From Takakia lepidozioides (taxonomy: Eukaryota > Plantae > Bryophyta): a stretch of 64,000 nt of DNA. The notes under the pieces were generated by a model that was given only the letters and a program-made list of their open reading frames with translations, was not told the DNA's origin and searched no databases. Position 1 is the stretch's first letter, and every line of letters starts with the position of its first letter. Where the stretch lies: contig CM060733.1 of the NCBI GenBank assembly GCA_030704615.1, positions 46,996,001 through 47,060,000 of the forward strand. Direction: 5' to 3'. The translations under genes were made by a program, and so were the position numbers. Shown one piece after another: positions 1-12,100 of this stretch.

Positions 1-215
1 CCGTCTTCTTTGACGACCTCAGCAATCCAATGAGCTCTAGTTTGAATCGACCAGAATGAGGAGGAATTTTTGTTGAAATGTGTGGAAAAGCTTGAAAGAA
101 GGAGTATGTAGGGAATAACAGATTTACAGGGATTTGTGCTATCGTGATATTTTCGATGCGTACTTGTTTTGTGTTACTGAAAAATTTGTACCGTCGGTTC
201 GAATTGTGATGCAGG

Positions 216-3200
216 GTGGTGGGATTTCAACTCTGGATCCGGAGCAACTTATTTGTTCGGTACCAACATTTTGGCGAGGGTGTGGGTCGTTGGCAGGCTA
301 CCATCGACCTTGCTCCTAATGTAGGGTTAAGAACAATGCGGAAGGACGGACTCAACAGGGACTCTTTTGACACCGGTGGGGTTGTGAGCAGGCTGTGTAA
401 GGATGGAGAATTGAAGGAAGCAGTACGTATTTTGGATCAGATGGTGCATCGAGGGTTTGGCGCGTATTCTGCGACCTGCGCTTGCCTCTTGGACAGATGT
501 GCTAAGACGAAAGCTCTGGCAGATGGCAAAGGGCTCCACGCCCACATCATTGAAAGTGGATTCGAGCCAGACATCTTCCTAGGGAATGCCCTTGTCAGCA
601 TGTATGTGAAGTGCAGGGATGTTGAGGATGCGCGGCAAGTGTTTGACAACATGCCTGAACGGAATGTGGTCTCATGGACTGCCATGATTGCAGGACTTGC
701 TCAGGACGGGCATGGTTCACATGCATTTGAACTATTCCGGCAAATGGAACAAGAAGGAGTGAAGCCTGACAAGGTCACTTTTATTAGCATCATCACGGCA
801 TGTGCCAACCCGGCTGCCCTGGAAGAAGGCAAGCAGCTCCATGCAAGCATTGTTAGAGCTGGGTTTGAGTCAGATGTTCGATTGGGGACTGCCCTGGTAG
901 GCATGTACTGCAAATGTGGGAGTGTAGTGGATGCGCGGCGAGTGTTTTCGCAAATGCCGGAACGAAATGCAGTGTCCTGGACTGTCATGATTGCAGGACT
1001 TGCTCAGGAAGGGCATGGTGCAGAGGCACTGGAACTCTTCCAGCAAATGCAACGAGAAGGCATGAAGCCTGACAAGGTCAGTTTTATTAGCATCCTCAAC
1101 GCATGTGCCAGTCTAGCACTGCTGAAAGAGGGCAAGTGGGTCCATGCCCACATTATAGAATCTGGATTTGAGTCAGATGTCCGAGTGGGGAATGCCCTTG
1201 TCAGCATGTATGTGAAGTGCAAGAGTTTGATGGATGCGCGCCAAGTGTTTGAGAAAATGCCTGATCGAGATGTGGTCTCCTGGACTGCAATGATTGCAGG
1301 ATTAGCTCAGCATGGACATGGAGAAGAGGCTAATGAACTCTTTCAGCAAATGCAAGGAGAAGGGGTGAAGCCAAACAAGATCACGTTCATGAGCATTCTT
1401 AGGGCGTGTGCAAGCCCAGCGGATCTGGAACAGGGGAACCTGCTCCGTGAGGGCATCATCAAAGCTGGATTTGAATCAGATGTCCGAGTGGCAACTGCTC
1501 TTGTCAGCATGTATTGCAAGTGCGGAAGTTTGATGGATGCCCGCCAAGTGTTTGACAAGATGCAGAAGCGAGATATTATCTCATGGAATGTGATGATTGC
1601 AGGAAATGCCCAGCATGGTCACCATGAAGAAGCTTTGGATTTGTTCCAGCTAATGCAAGGAGAAGGCATGAAGCCAGACAAGGTTAGCTTTATTAGCATC
1701 CTCACAGCATGTGCTAGCCCAGCTGCTCTGCAACAAGGCAAGAGGCTCCACGTGAGCATCATCAAAGCTGGATATGAGTCAGACGTCCGAGTGGGAACTG
1801 CCCTTGTGAGCATGTATTGCAAATGTGGGAGTGTGATTGATGGGCGTCGAGTTCTTTACAAAATTTCTAATCGAAATGTGATCTCATGGAATGCGATCAT
1901 TGCAGGATCTGCTCAGCAGGGTCATGGTGATGAGGCTTTTGAATTTTTTCGGCAGATGAAAAGAGAAGGGCTCAAGGCTGACAAGGTCACTTTTATGAGC
2001 ATCCTCAATGCATGTGCCAGCCCTGCAGCTCTGGAACAGGGCAAGCAGCTCCATGCAGACATCGTCAAAGCTGGACTTGAGTCGGATGTCCAAGTTGGGA
2101 ATGCCCTTATCAGCATGTATGGAAAGTGTGGGACCGTAGTGGATGCGCGCGGAGTGTTTGACAATATGCCTACACGAGATGTGATCTCCTGGAATGCAAT
2201 GATTGCAGGATCTGCTCAGCATGGTCATGATGCAGAGGCTTTCGAACTCTTTCGACAGATGCAAAGAGAAGGCATGAGGGCCGACAAGGTCACTTTTGTT
2301 AGTATCCTCAATGCATGTGCCAGCCCAGCAGCTCTGGAAGATGGCAAGCGGCTCCATTTGGCCATCATCAAAGCTGGACTTGAGTCAGATGTCCGAGTAG
2401 GGACTGCCATTGTGAACATGTATGTGAAATGCGGTAGTGTGTTGGATGCACGAGGCGTGTTCCTCAAAATGCCTGAACGAGATGTGGTCTCGTGGACTGC
2501 GATGATTGGCGGACTTGCTCAGGAAGGGCATGGTACAGAGGCATTAGAGTTATTTCGGCAAATGCAACAAGAAGGCGTGAAGCCTGACAAGGTCAGTTTT
2601 ATCAGCATCCTCAATGCATGTGCCAGCGTAGCAGCCCTGGAAGAGGGCAAATGGGTCCATGCTCACATCATAAAATCGGGATGTGAGTTAGATGTCACTG
2701 TCGGGAATGCACTCGTTGACATGTATGCCAAGTGCGGGAGTGTAGTGGATGCATGGGAGGTGTTTGATAAAACTTCTGAAAGAGACTTGGTCTCTTGGAA
2801 TGCAATGATTACGGGATATGCCCAGAATGGGTGTGGTGATGAGGCCCTCCAACTCTTTGAAAAGATGCAACAGGAAGGGGTGAAGCCAGATGAGGTCACA
2901 TTCATTGGGGTTCTCTCTGCATGTAGCCATGTTGGCCTAGTGGATGAAGGTCAGCATTACTTCCTTACCATGAGACAAGATCATGGTATCACACCATGTG
3001 GGAAGCACTATGGCTGTATGGTGGACCTTCTTGGCCGTGCAGGGCGCCTGGATGATGCAGAGGACTTGATCAACAAAATGCCATTTGAACCAGAAGCTCC
3101 TGTGTGGGGGGCTGTGCTTAGTGCCTGCAGAGTTCATGGCGATGTGGAGCTAGCAGAACGGGCTGCGGAGAATATCCTGAAGTCAGAACCCCAAAATGCT

Positions 3201-3710
3201 GGAGTGTACGTGCTGCTTTCAAACATCTATTCTGTGGCTGGTAGGTGGAATGAAGTAGCAAAAGTGAGGAAAGTGCTGCAGGACAGAAGTGTGAAAAAGG
3301 AACCAGGACGCAGCTGGATTGAGGTGAAGAATAGGGTACATACATTTTTTGCAGAAGATAGATCCCACCCGCAATCTGATGAGATCTATGCTGAGTTGGA
3401 GAGACTAACTAGGCTGATGAAGGAGGCAGGATACATGCCAGACACACGTTTTGTCTTGCATGACGTGGATCAACAGATAAAGGAACAGGCTCTGTGTCAC
3501 CACAGTGAAAAGCTAGCTATTGCTTTTGGGCTCATTAGCACACCGGCGGGAACTCCTGTCCGCATTGTGAAGAACCTTCGAGTGTGTGGTGACTGCCACA
3601 CCGCTACCAAAGTTATCTCCAAGATTGTCGGGCGAGAAATTGTTGCAAGGGATGCCAACCGCTTTCATCACTTCAGGAATGGGGTGTGTTCTTGTGGGGA
3701 TTACTGGTGA
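216..3710 (+). CDS. PLS-class pentatricopeptide repeat protein with E1-E2-DYW domain (organellar C-to-U RNA editing factor)
   Basis: Uninterrupted 1164-codon ORF. It has seven P-L-S triplets at an exact 303-bp period plus P2-L2-S2, the PG box (EPGRSWIEV), deaminase motifs HSEKLAIAFG and CGDCH, and the C-terminus SCGDYW. The start is uncertain: first in-frame ATG at 336, or a small upstream exon spliced at the CAG near 212-214. Confidence 0.97.
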   Translation: MVGFQLWIRSNLFVRYQHFGEGVGRWQATIDLAPNVGLRTMRKDGLNRDSFDTGGVVSRLCKDGELKEAVRILDQMVHRGFGAYSATCACLLDRCAKTKALADGKGLHAHIIESGFEPDIFLGNALVSMYVKCRDVEDARQVFDNMPERNVVSWTAMIAGLAQDGHGSHAFELFRQMEQEGVKPDKVTFISIITACANPAALEEGKQLHASIVRAGFESDVRLGTALVGMYCKCGSVVDARRVFSQMPERNAVSWTVMIAGLAQEGHGAEALELFQQMQREGMKPDKVSFISILNACASLALLKEGKWVHAHIIESGFESDVRVGNALVSMYVKCKSLMDARQVFEKMPDRDVVSWTAMIAGLAQHGHGEEANELFQQMQGEGVKPNKITFMSILRACASPADLEQGNLLREGIIKAGFESDVRVATALVSMYCKCGSLMDARQVFDKMQKRDIISWNVMIAGNAQHGHHEEALDLFQLMQGEGMKPDKVSFISILTACASPAALQQGKRLHVSIIKAGYESDVRVGTALVSMYCKCGSVIDGRRVLYKISNRNVISWNAIIAGSAQQGHGDEAFEFFRQMKREGLKADKVTFMSILNACASPAALEQGKQLHADIVKAGLESDVQVGNALISMYGKCGTVVDARGVFDNMPTRDVISWNAMIAGSAQHGHDAEAFELFRQMQREGMRADKVTFVSILNACASPAALEDGKRLHLAIIKAGLESDVRVGTAIVNMYVKCGSVLDARGVFLKMPERDVVSWTAMIGGLAQEGHGTEALELFRQMQQEGVKPDKVSFISILNACASVAALEEGKWVHAHIIKSGCELDVTVGNALVDMYAKCGSVVDAWEVFDKTSERDLVSWNAMITGYAQNGCGDEALQLFEKMQQEGVKPDEVTFIGVLSACSHVGLVDEGQHYFLTMRQDHGITPCGKHYGCMVDLLGRAGRLDDAEDLINKMPFEPEAPVWGAVLSACRVHGDVELAERAAENILKSEPQNAGVYVLLSNIYSVAGRWNEVAKVRKVLQDRSVKKEPGRSWIEVKNRVHTFFAEDRSHPQSDEIYAELERLTRLMKEAGYMPDTRFVLHDVDQQIKEQALCHHSEKLAIAFGLISTPAGTPVRIVKNLRVCGDCHTATKVISKIVGREIVARDANRFHHFRNGVCSCGDYW

Positions 3711-3810
3711 TGATAATTTTTAACAAGAAACAAACTTAAACGTGAGATCGTGGGTGTTGTGTCACGTCTTCCCAGCTGTCCCGATTCTTGGCGTTAAGAC
3801 CTTTGTAAGG

Positions 3811-3813
<3 letters not shown>

Positions 3814-3848
<35 letters not shown>

Positions 3849-3927
3849 GCTCAAACTGGGCGCGGGGTCAATGGCCACAAGGCTACGGCAAACAACGTCT
3901 TATGAGTACAATCTCTCTCTCTCTCTC
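3814..3927 (+). mobile_element. Short 3'-end fragment of a LINE-like retroelement flanked by (CT)n microsatellites
   Basis: TTCCCGCTCAAACTGGGCGCGGGGTCAATGGCCACAAGGCTACGGCAAACAACGTCTTATGAGTACAATCTC matches 26341-26412. It is flanked by (CT)n on both sides. Confidence 0.6.
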
Positions 3928-4797
3928 TTTGCCATTGTGATGCCATCCTCCTATGCAACCATCAGTTGGGTGCAAGTTGTGTTCATGTTCCTCAACATCT
4001 GCTGGATTGATATCCTTTCTGTGCACTCCCTATTAAGGACCAGCAAGTACATGTCTAACTGAAACATGTATGGAATCATTGTTGTGCATTGTAAGAGTCT
4101 GCAAATTTTTGGCTCATCTTCCCCATAGGCCTTGTCTCGCATCTGTTCTGCAACAAGGGTTGCCCTTCACCCCCTTTCTCTTGGTTTCTCGTTCGCGTAT
4201 TGTTTATCTGCCTCTTATTTTCAGGTGTGAGAATTGGTTTCTTTTGCTTTGATTTCTATCCTTGCCATGGCCAGCCTACTCGGCAAGTCACACCATCTCT
4301 CAGGTTTGGTTCATATCCTGCAGTTGCTGAAAGACCATCCTGCTTGAATTCCTTGATTACCACAAGTGATTCTCAATGAGTGAATTGAGGTAAGGTTCTC
4401 TAGTGTATGATCTGTGGAGTGTCGCCACCAGTTGAGGCAAGACAAAACAAAAGGAAAATTAAACAAGCTCATGTTTTCATACTCCTTGACACAGTCCCTT
4501 ATAGTCCTTTATGGAAGGAGCCTGATCTTTACACAAAATAACGTGCTCTTTTCCTATAGAACGTGAGCTTCACACTTGCAATTGCCACGCTTATAGGAAT
4601 GCAACCGTCCGATGTGGAGGCTTGGAAGTGGATCTTGGCCGTTGGTGGGAAAGAAAGGACAATGAAAAGCGGCCGCGCATGCAGTAGCAGGTGGCGCATG
4701 GCCATGCCATGCATGCATGCATGGGATGGATGCATGGCATTCAGGAAGAAGGGCGCTTGTTGAAAGAAGGAGAGCAAGAAGCGCTGTTGCTGGAAGG

Positions 4798-7166
4798 ATG
4801 GCCGCGCATCCGCACCACCTGCCGTCCTCAGCACCGTCCATGCCGCACGCCTCTGCTGTCATGCCTCCGCAAATGCACTATCCGCAGGCGCAGCAGCAGG
4901 TGAGTCGTAATACATTTTGTCCGGTTTGATTTGTAAGGTGTTTGGAGTTTGAATTTTTTTTTTGACCCTGGTTATACGCAACGGTGCGATGGAGGGAATT
5001 GCTGTGGGACGATCTTGGAGAAGTATCGGGGGCTAATTTGTTTCGTTGGCGTGTTCTTCTAACTCCGGCTCCAAAGCGCAGATTCAGCCGCAGCTTCACT
5101 ACCAGCAAATTCAAAAGCAGCAGCTGCAGCTCTTTTGGCAACAGCAGATCCAAGAGATGGAGCAAGTGAATGGTACGAATTTCGAAATACCCGATGGTCT
5201 TTATTGTGGCGAGATTGAACGTATTGACTTGCATTGACTTTGCTGTTGATCTTGTTCACAGAGTTCAAAAATCATCAGTTGCCCTTAGCGCGCATTAAGA
5301 AGATTATGAAGTCGGATGAAGATGTGAAGGTAAACATGTCGGTTCTTCTCTGATCGTAAGCTCTCTTATCTTCTCAGAGTAGGTCTTGAGAGAAGAATAT
5401 TGGATGTGTTGATGACGATTTAAAAGCAGTTCTCTGCGATTACTAGGAGTGCAAGACGATTTTCAAGAAGCAGTCTGATGTTTCCAGGGTACCTAATCTC
5501 TATATCGAAGGATCCGGATGTACCGACGACAGTGTATATGGTTTTCCATCTGCAGAAGTTGGAGTGAAAATGCAATGCAAAATAATCAATTTAGACGGAA
5601 AGCTTGGGAGGCTTGGCATTCAAAGTCAGGTCTTCTTGTTCGTGTGGCTACACAGTGCTTGGAGTGAGGCGTTTATGGTTTGTTTAACAGATGATTGCTG
5701 CGGAAGCCCCGGTCCTCTTTGCTAAAGCATGTGAAATGTTCATTCTGGAGTTGACCCTTCGCTCGTGGATCCACACGGAGGAAAACAAGCGACGAACACT
5801 TCAAAGAAATGACATTGCTGGGGCTATCACCAGGGGTGACATCTTCGATTTCCTTGTAGACATAGTTCCTCGAGATGAGCTGAAGGTGAATCATCATTCT
5901 CACCTTGAAATTGAACACTCTAATTATTTGTTGTATTTTGATTTGTCTTCGTTTCAATGAGAGCTAGTTGCTTTGGTCAATCTGAGAATCTGTTGGCTTT
6001 CAGGATGAGGACTTGGGAGTACCTTGGTCAGGCATGGCAGGCGACACAGTATCATATGGAGGGATGTATTATCCCACTCTTCCTTCACAGCCAATGCACC
6101 ATCCCATGGCATCTCCTGTACTTCCCTCGTCTCTTTAACCATTTCTTACACGCATTTGAAATTTGTCTTCCACTGGCATGTGTGTGAAGAGATGTTGTGT
6201 ATGAAATCAAGAAATGATTGAAATCCGCTATAGATCCTTGTTATCTGAAATAAGTTGGTTATCATCAATTGATATTATTTGGTGTTTTCATTTCCTGTGA
6301 TTTTTGTAGGGGTTCATATACCAAATCTATTTTCTGTCTGCTAACTGTCAATACCTAAATAGGTGATGCTCTTTCTGCTAGAGCCGTCAGATGCTCTGGG
6401 AGTTTTGTTTTTACTTCTTAAGTTGTTGAGGCACTACATCATATCATAAAGGTGGCACGGTCAGTCGAGCATGTCTTTATGTTAGGTGAAGTCCACATTG
6501 TCACCAGGCAACATGGATTCAATGGTGTGAAAACATCAACCAAGCCACCTTCTCTTGATGCGCCTGTCCCCAGGAGATGATGGTTGTTCAACCGACACTG
6601 GCTCCCAATCCTCAAATGATGTATCAGCCACCGCAGGTATCCTTTGTCAGAGCATTAATTCTTGATTGGTTTGATTTGCATTAACAGCACAGGTCCCAGT
6701 ATTGTCTCTCTCATAGGAATCTGTCTGGTTTTGTGTAATTGCTGCTGAATAATTGGTGAATAATACACTTGCTTAACAGAACCTAGCTGTGTGTGAGGTC
6801 CTTCACAGTTTTGCTCTGTTGAATTTGGGTCTGGTTCATGAGGTATTGATGTGGTGTTGCCATAATTCTGATGGAAACTCCTCGATCACATGGGTGCAGA
6901 ACCCATGGGGTTGTATGTGGAGTTCTGTAAATAGGTCTTAAACATGTGCTTGAATTTGTACCTCCTTGCTAACTCCCTCACTCGTGGTTTACTAGCACTG
7001 TGCTTGAATATAGCCGTCTCAAACCTGGACAAGGCACACAGTTTTCACATGTAGCATGCTGTTGCTTAGAACTCATGTCTTAATATTAGTTAGGTGAAAA
7101 TTTGTCTTTGATTCCACTCTGATGAAGCTACTTTTGGTACTGGTACAGCAAGGACATATGCAGTAA
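4798..7166 (+). CDS. NF-YC: Nuclear transcription factor Y subunit C (histone-fold), about 7 exons
   Basis: GT-AG exons at 4798-4899, 5082-5172 ([15 protein letters not shown]), 5262-5328 ([22 protein letters not shown]) and 5691-5885 ([43 protein letters not shown]...[14 protein letters not shown]). Probable further exons at 6004-6117, 6574-6636 and 7149-7166; these last three are less certain. Confidence 0.93.
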
Positions 7167-9148
7167 ATATTGGTCAGCTGCAAGGTCTCGGTGTTATCAA
7201 GCGGAGAGGAAGATCAAGCTCACCAAGTGGGCACTTACGGAAGGAAGGGAATTTGTTAGTGCAAGGAGCTCCACTGACATTGAAAAATTCACCCCAATGA
7301 GGTCTCACATTGTCTAGGGGATGTAGTGGTTGTGCCCGTTTGAACAGTCTGGATCAGCCCTTCAGGAGGTTGCTGTTTGTTGCTAGGTGGATGTTTCAAG
7401 AGCCAATTGATAGCAACATAAATGGTATTTAGTTTGTTATGCAGAAGATTCTTTTGCATCAATGAAATTGCATAAGGGGATTTGTGGTCCCCCAATAACT
7501 ACACAGCAGCCTCATCTGTGAGTCTTTGCACGGTTGGAGTGTATGGTTCTGTGCTTTGCTGTTTTGGGAATGTCAAATAAAGACACTTGTATGGCAGCTT
7601 CAGAGTATTTTCTGTATCTGAACATTCCCCGGAAGTAAACAAGAACCTGAATTAAGTATGAACGTAGCTTGTAATCCACGAACTGGGCGTGGGCCAGGTA
7701 TAACCGCTTCAGATATATTTGTATCTCCCTGAAGTTGCAGTTTAAGTGTTGCTGAGGAGAGGCACTGAGTTGACTCTTTGCAGAGACACATTTGTTGAAA
7801 AACATCTTGATTGAAGGTTGGCTTGACCTTTGGCCCTCTCATGTATGGGATTCAAATGCCGTCTTGTCTTTTACCTGGGGGTGGTGAGAGCAGCAATATC
7901 ACCAGAGCTTGGTTATGAGTATGATGAAATGATTTGTCTTCCAAAGGAGGGGAATGAATAGAAGCTTCCGCGATGGAGAATGGTATACCCATGATCCACC
8001 CTTACCTATGCATTTGTACTTAAGCATTTGTTTGGGATTCCTCGGTGATCACCTGTCTGGCTGGTTGTATGTGGAAACTCAGAGGTGGAGGGTTGCATGT
8101 ATTATGGTTGTGAACAGACAATATTCCAAAGGTGTGGCATGTACTCCAACTTTAGTTAACCCAGATGTGCAATCTAGTCTTAAATTGCTTCCGCTGATCT
8201 ATTTTACGTAACGAGAACTACAGTAGTTTGTTGCACTGCGGATTCAGGCAGATATAGCAAACTGCCCAGGACAAGCTACACAGACTGTTGTTCTCATGAC
8301 TGCGGAGGACTGGAGATTTTCTGTCTTCACACGGTATCGATGTACTGAGTTCTTTGCGTTGGAAACGCCAAAAGAATGGCAGAAAGCTGACACTTGCTCA
8401 CCTCGGAGAACTCGCGTTCTGTGCCCTCAATCTTTTGAAAATGGTATCTCTATCCATGCTCAATGAGATACAGATGAGAAGCCAGCAGTCATCACATCTA
8501 GACGTCTAGACCTTGTCCGCACAAACACTCATCAGTTGATCTGGATACCCGTAGCATCCACAAAAGCAGACACACAGCTTTTTGAAAAGGACTCGACGAG
8601 CATGACTTATATCCAACCATGCTGTGTGCCAAAATCTTGAACTTGTATTACACCAGGTGTCAATTATAGAGTGTTTAGTAAAATGTCCGTAAGCCTGCCA
8701 CCCAAGATTTAGTCTGACCAAACCTCTAGTCTAAGCACTGATGCCGTGTACCTGGTTTCTGGAAAGCATGCTGTAGATTGCATGCCAATGTAGCTCAACC
8801 AAATCTTGAAAGAGTATTGGTGACTGTTTTTCTATCATCGGTGGAGGGAAGTGACTTTCCAAATGCCCCACCGAATGCCAGGCAGAACAAGAAACATTAA
8901 CCCTATTTTCCTGAAAGAATGCCAATGTTAAAGCCTAATAAGATACAAAGATGATGGAAGTACTGTAACACCCTTATTCTGCTTCCAAACTTTCCCTGGA
9001 TTTTGAACAGAGGCTTCCCACTTTACAAGAGCTTCATAACCATGTGGTGCAGCGGGAGAGGGTCTGGAGGCAACCTTCAATGTACAAGCAAGGGCAAATC
9101 CATCATGGCGAATGACTGCAGGAGAGACCAGGGACCCAATGGTCTCAT

Positions 9149-12100
9149 TCACATCATCATGGTAAGTTCCGACAAATCGTCCATTGGAACATCTAATCCC
9201 ATAAGGAACTCATCTGACGGTTGCAAGCCGGAATCCTCGACTTCAAAGTCAAGCCATTCCCCCAAATCCTCGTGAGCCTTACTCAAATCTGGGACCCCCA
9301 AATCCTCTATGCCAGGCAAGGGCAATTGCGAGAGATCTGCCATTCCCTCACTGTCAACTGCATTCCTGCGCTCTTTGGCTGTACCAGGGGCTGGCAGTAC
9401 CGCCATAAGGTTTTGCTTTGTCGCCACCAATTTATCTGTCAATAAAGGTTGTGCAGAGGAGCCCTGTGCCAAAGGCCTGTCCTTGGAGGGTTGCCGCTCA
9501 ACATCATGTTTCTCCACCAATGCACTGACTGCTTTCAAAAATTGTGGAATCTTTAGCCGTGGTTTCGTCTTGGTCTTACGCTCCCCTTTGATGTTGCTGA
9601 GGCTGGGCCTTGCAGCAGCACTCTCGCCACCACGGCTGTGGCTACCTGGTGCCCCCTTCCCGTCACGGTCACGCTCGCTGCGCTTGCCTTTTATCCCACC
9701 CAGGCCATTGATGCCCAGCGAGTTGACATTGCGCATGCTGGCAGGGCCAGCTACATCTTCCAGTAAGACTTCCCGCTCCTTTGCCCGTAAAGGCCAGCCC
9801 TCGTCTTTGGCTGTTACATGCTTGCTAGAATGCGCTAGGGGTGTCTGCCCCTCTAATGAATCAATTTCTGCCTTTATCCTCCCTTCCATCGGATGGACTC
9901 CTGGTCGATCAATCACTTCAGTTTGTACAGCAGCTGTTGCAGCATGGACACAATCAATTATAATAAACAAATAGAGGAAAGGCAAACAAATTGATGCGAT
10001 AATGAGCCGCTAGCTAGCATAAGTTTTCACGAAGCTTCTTTTGAGATACCTGGCTAAGAGATTTTTCCTATGTGGATGTGCTTTTCAACAGCATATAAAG
10101 AAGGAACCTGGTCCACAAACCTGCAGGCTGTAGAGGTGACGTAGTTGTGGAGGCAGGGGCTTCAGCAGGAACAAGGGTAGCACCTGCCTCATTCTCCGCA
10201 GGACCGACAGCACCCATGCTGATCTTGTTCACCTTAGGAGGGATGCAGAAGAGCAAATCACGCAGAGTAGGGTCTACAATGCAGTTCTGTCCCTCTTCAA
10301 AACTGCGAACCCTTGCCACCACCCTCTTGGCAAATGCCAGTGCGGCAGCTCTTGCACCTTTGGCAGACGACGCCTTGGAGCCAGAGCTTCCCCCTCGAGG
10401 ACCCTGCATAGGAGGGTCAAAGTCAAAGTCAAGACACAAAACCAGCCACAGAAGGAAAAAGTATGCTTTTTCTGATAGAAATAACATGAGCATATAGAAT
10501 CTGTAGTGTTAAGCAGACCTCACATGGGCCTCATAGGCAAAGTGACAGGGCAAACATTTAGAGCAGAATTCTGCACCATGGTGCAAGTCAAGCCAGACAA
10601 CGAGCATGATGGCAATCTCAAATCATTCAGACCAAACCCCTTCCCATCAAGGTGGGACATGGAATTACAGTGAACTAAAGGTTGCCCATAAATTAGGAAC
10701 TGTAGCCATAACTCTGGGTTGGGTCAGTGACAATAAAAGCATGTTATCCATGTTGTGGCTACAAAATTTGAATGGGAACCACTGACTGTCCCATCTTTTG
10801 TGACATAGGAAAAAGATTAAAGGGTTACCATGCGCTTAGTGTAGGCCAGGCCCACAAACTTGTCCATTGCCAGGCATTCCCGAGCCCTGTGTTTCACAAT
10901 CACATCCAGCTATTTCAGGAAAAATTGAGAAACAGGAGAACAGAAAAGCAGAGTTGGAATGTCCAAAGATGTGCATTTCGGTAGGGATGGACAATTGAGC
11001 TGCTGCTAAACTTCCAGGTGCGGCACTGGCAGCCAGACCCTCTCCATCACATGGATGGCAACATTCTGATCTGCTACAATGGTTTACCATTGGCTTTGAT
11101 TCCTGGTTTTAATGAACATGATGAAGCAGCAGAGATAAAGCCAAACCTTTCTTCAGCTTGCTTCCTGGCCAGAAGCACATTTTCGAGACTACCGATTCGT
11201 TTTTTATTGGTGCAAACCTGCACGCCAACATCCCAATGCGGCCTCGTTAGAGTTCCTGTAGTATTTGCAATGAAGTATCAAGATTGCGTGTTTCCGTTTG
11301 CAGAACCAGGACTGTTCACATCAATTAGTGACATGTTAATACTGTTGAATACTTAATGCCAGAGTTGTGAATCTAAGAGCAGAATCCAACAAGGGATTAG
11401 ACAAGAACCTGATCTTTGAGTTCACGCTGCAGTTTCCTAAGCTCCTCACTGATTTCGTCATCTTCTCGTTCAGATAACTGTTTATGTGCACCCATCCATA
11501 CTCACTCGTCAAACCAGCTCTCGGTGTTGCTATCTCTCTGTCTGCCAGTCTGCATAACTATCACTATACTAGCTATTCTGCTGCTCCCTGAAACTCTCTA
11601 GAAAACCAAACTGCTATGCAGTTGGCTGTGAGAGAGTGGTGGCCGCTTGAGTTTAAGCCTGTTATCTGATAAGAGGGGCTGTGTACGGGCTAACTGAGAC
11701 CACAAGGCTAAAACATCTGTTGTTGGGGAGGCTTCCAGCTTGGCAACATCTCTGTCTGTGGAGGCAGTTAAAACTATCAGCTAAAAGGTCAGGGTTCTAC
11801 CAAGTAAAGCTAGAGCAGGGGAGCTGCAACAGCCTTGCTCTGTAATTGCCTTGGACACTGCTATAGGAAGCCTCTAACAAAACCTTACTAACACACGATT
11901 GGAAGATCCTCAGACTTGACACACAGCTGAACCTAAACTGACTACCTGTGAAAGTGTAAATGCTAATCAGGCAACCTATGAAGAGGACACATTGAAAGAA
12001 ATTACTGCCAAATAAATCCAACCAAACCAGGCTTCCTGGGAGGGAACTCACCACTTGATCAGGTAGCAATCCAACACTCTGAAGCTCCAGTAGTAGCCTA

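Noticed and set aside
327-3345. Periodic antisense ORFs over the PPR gene
   Set aside because: Shadow frames of the 303-bp PLS repeat.
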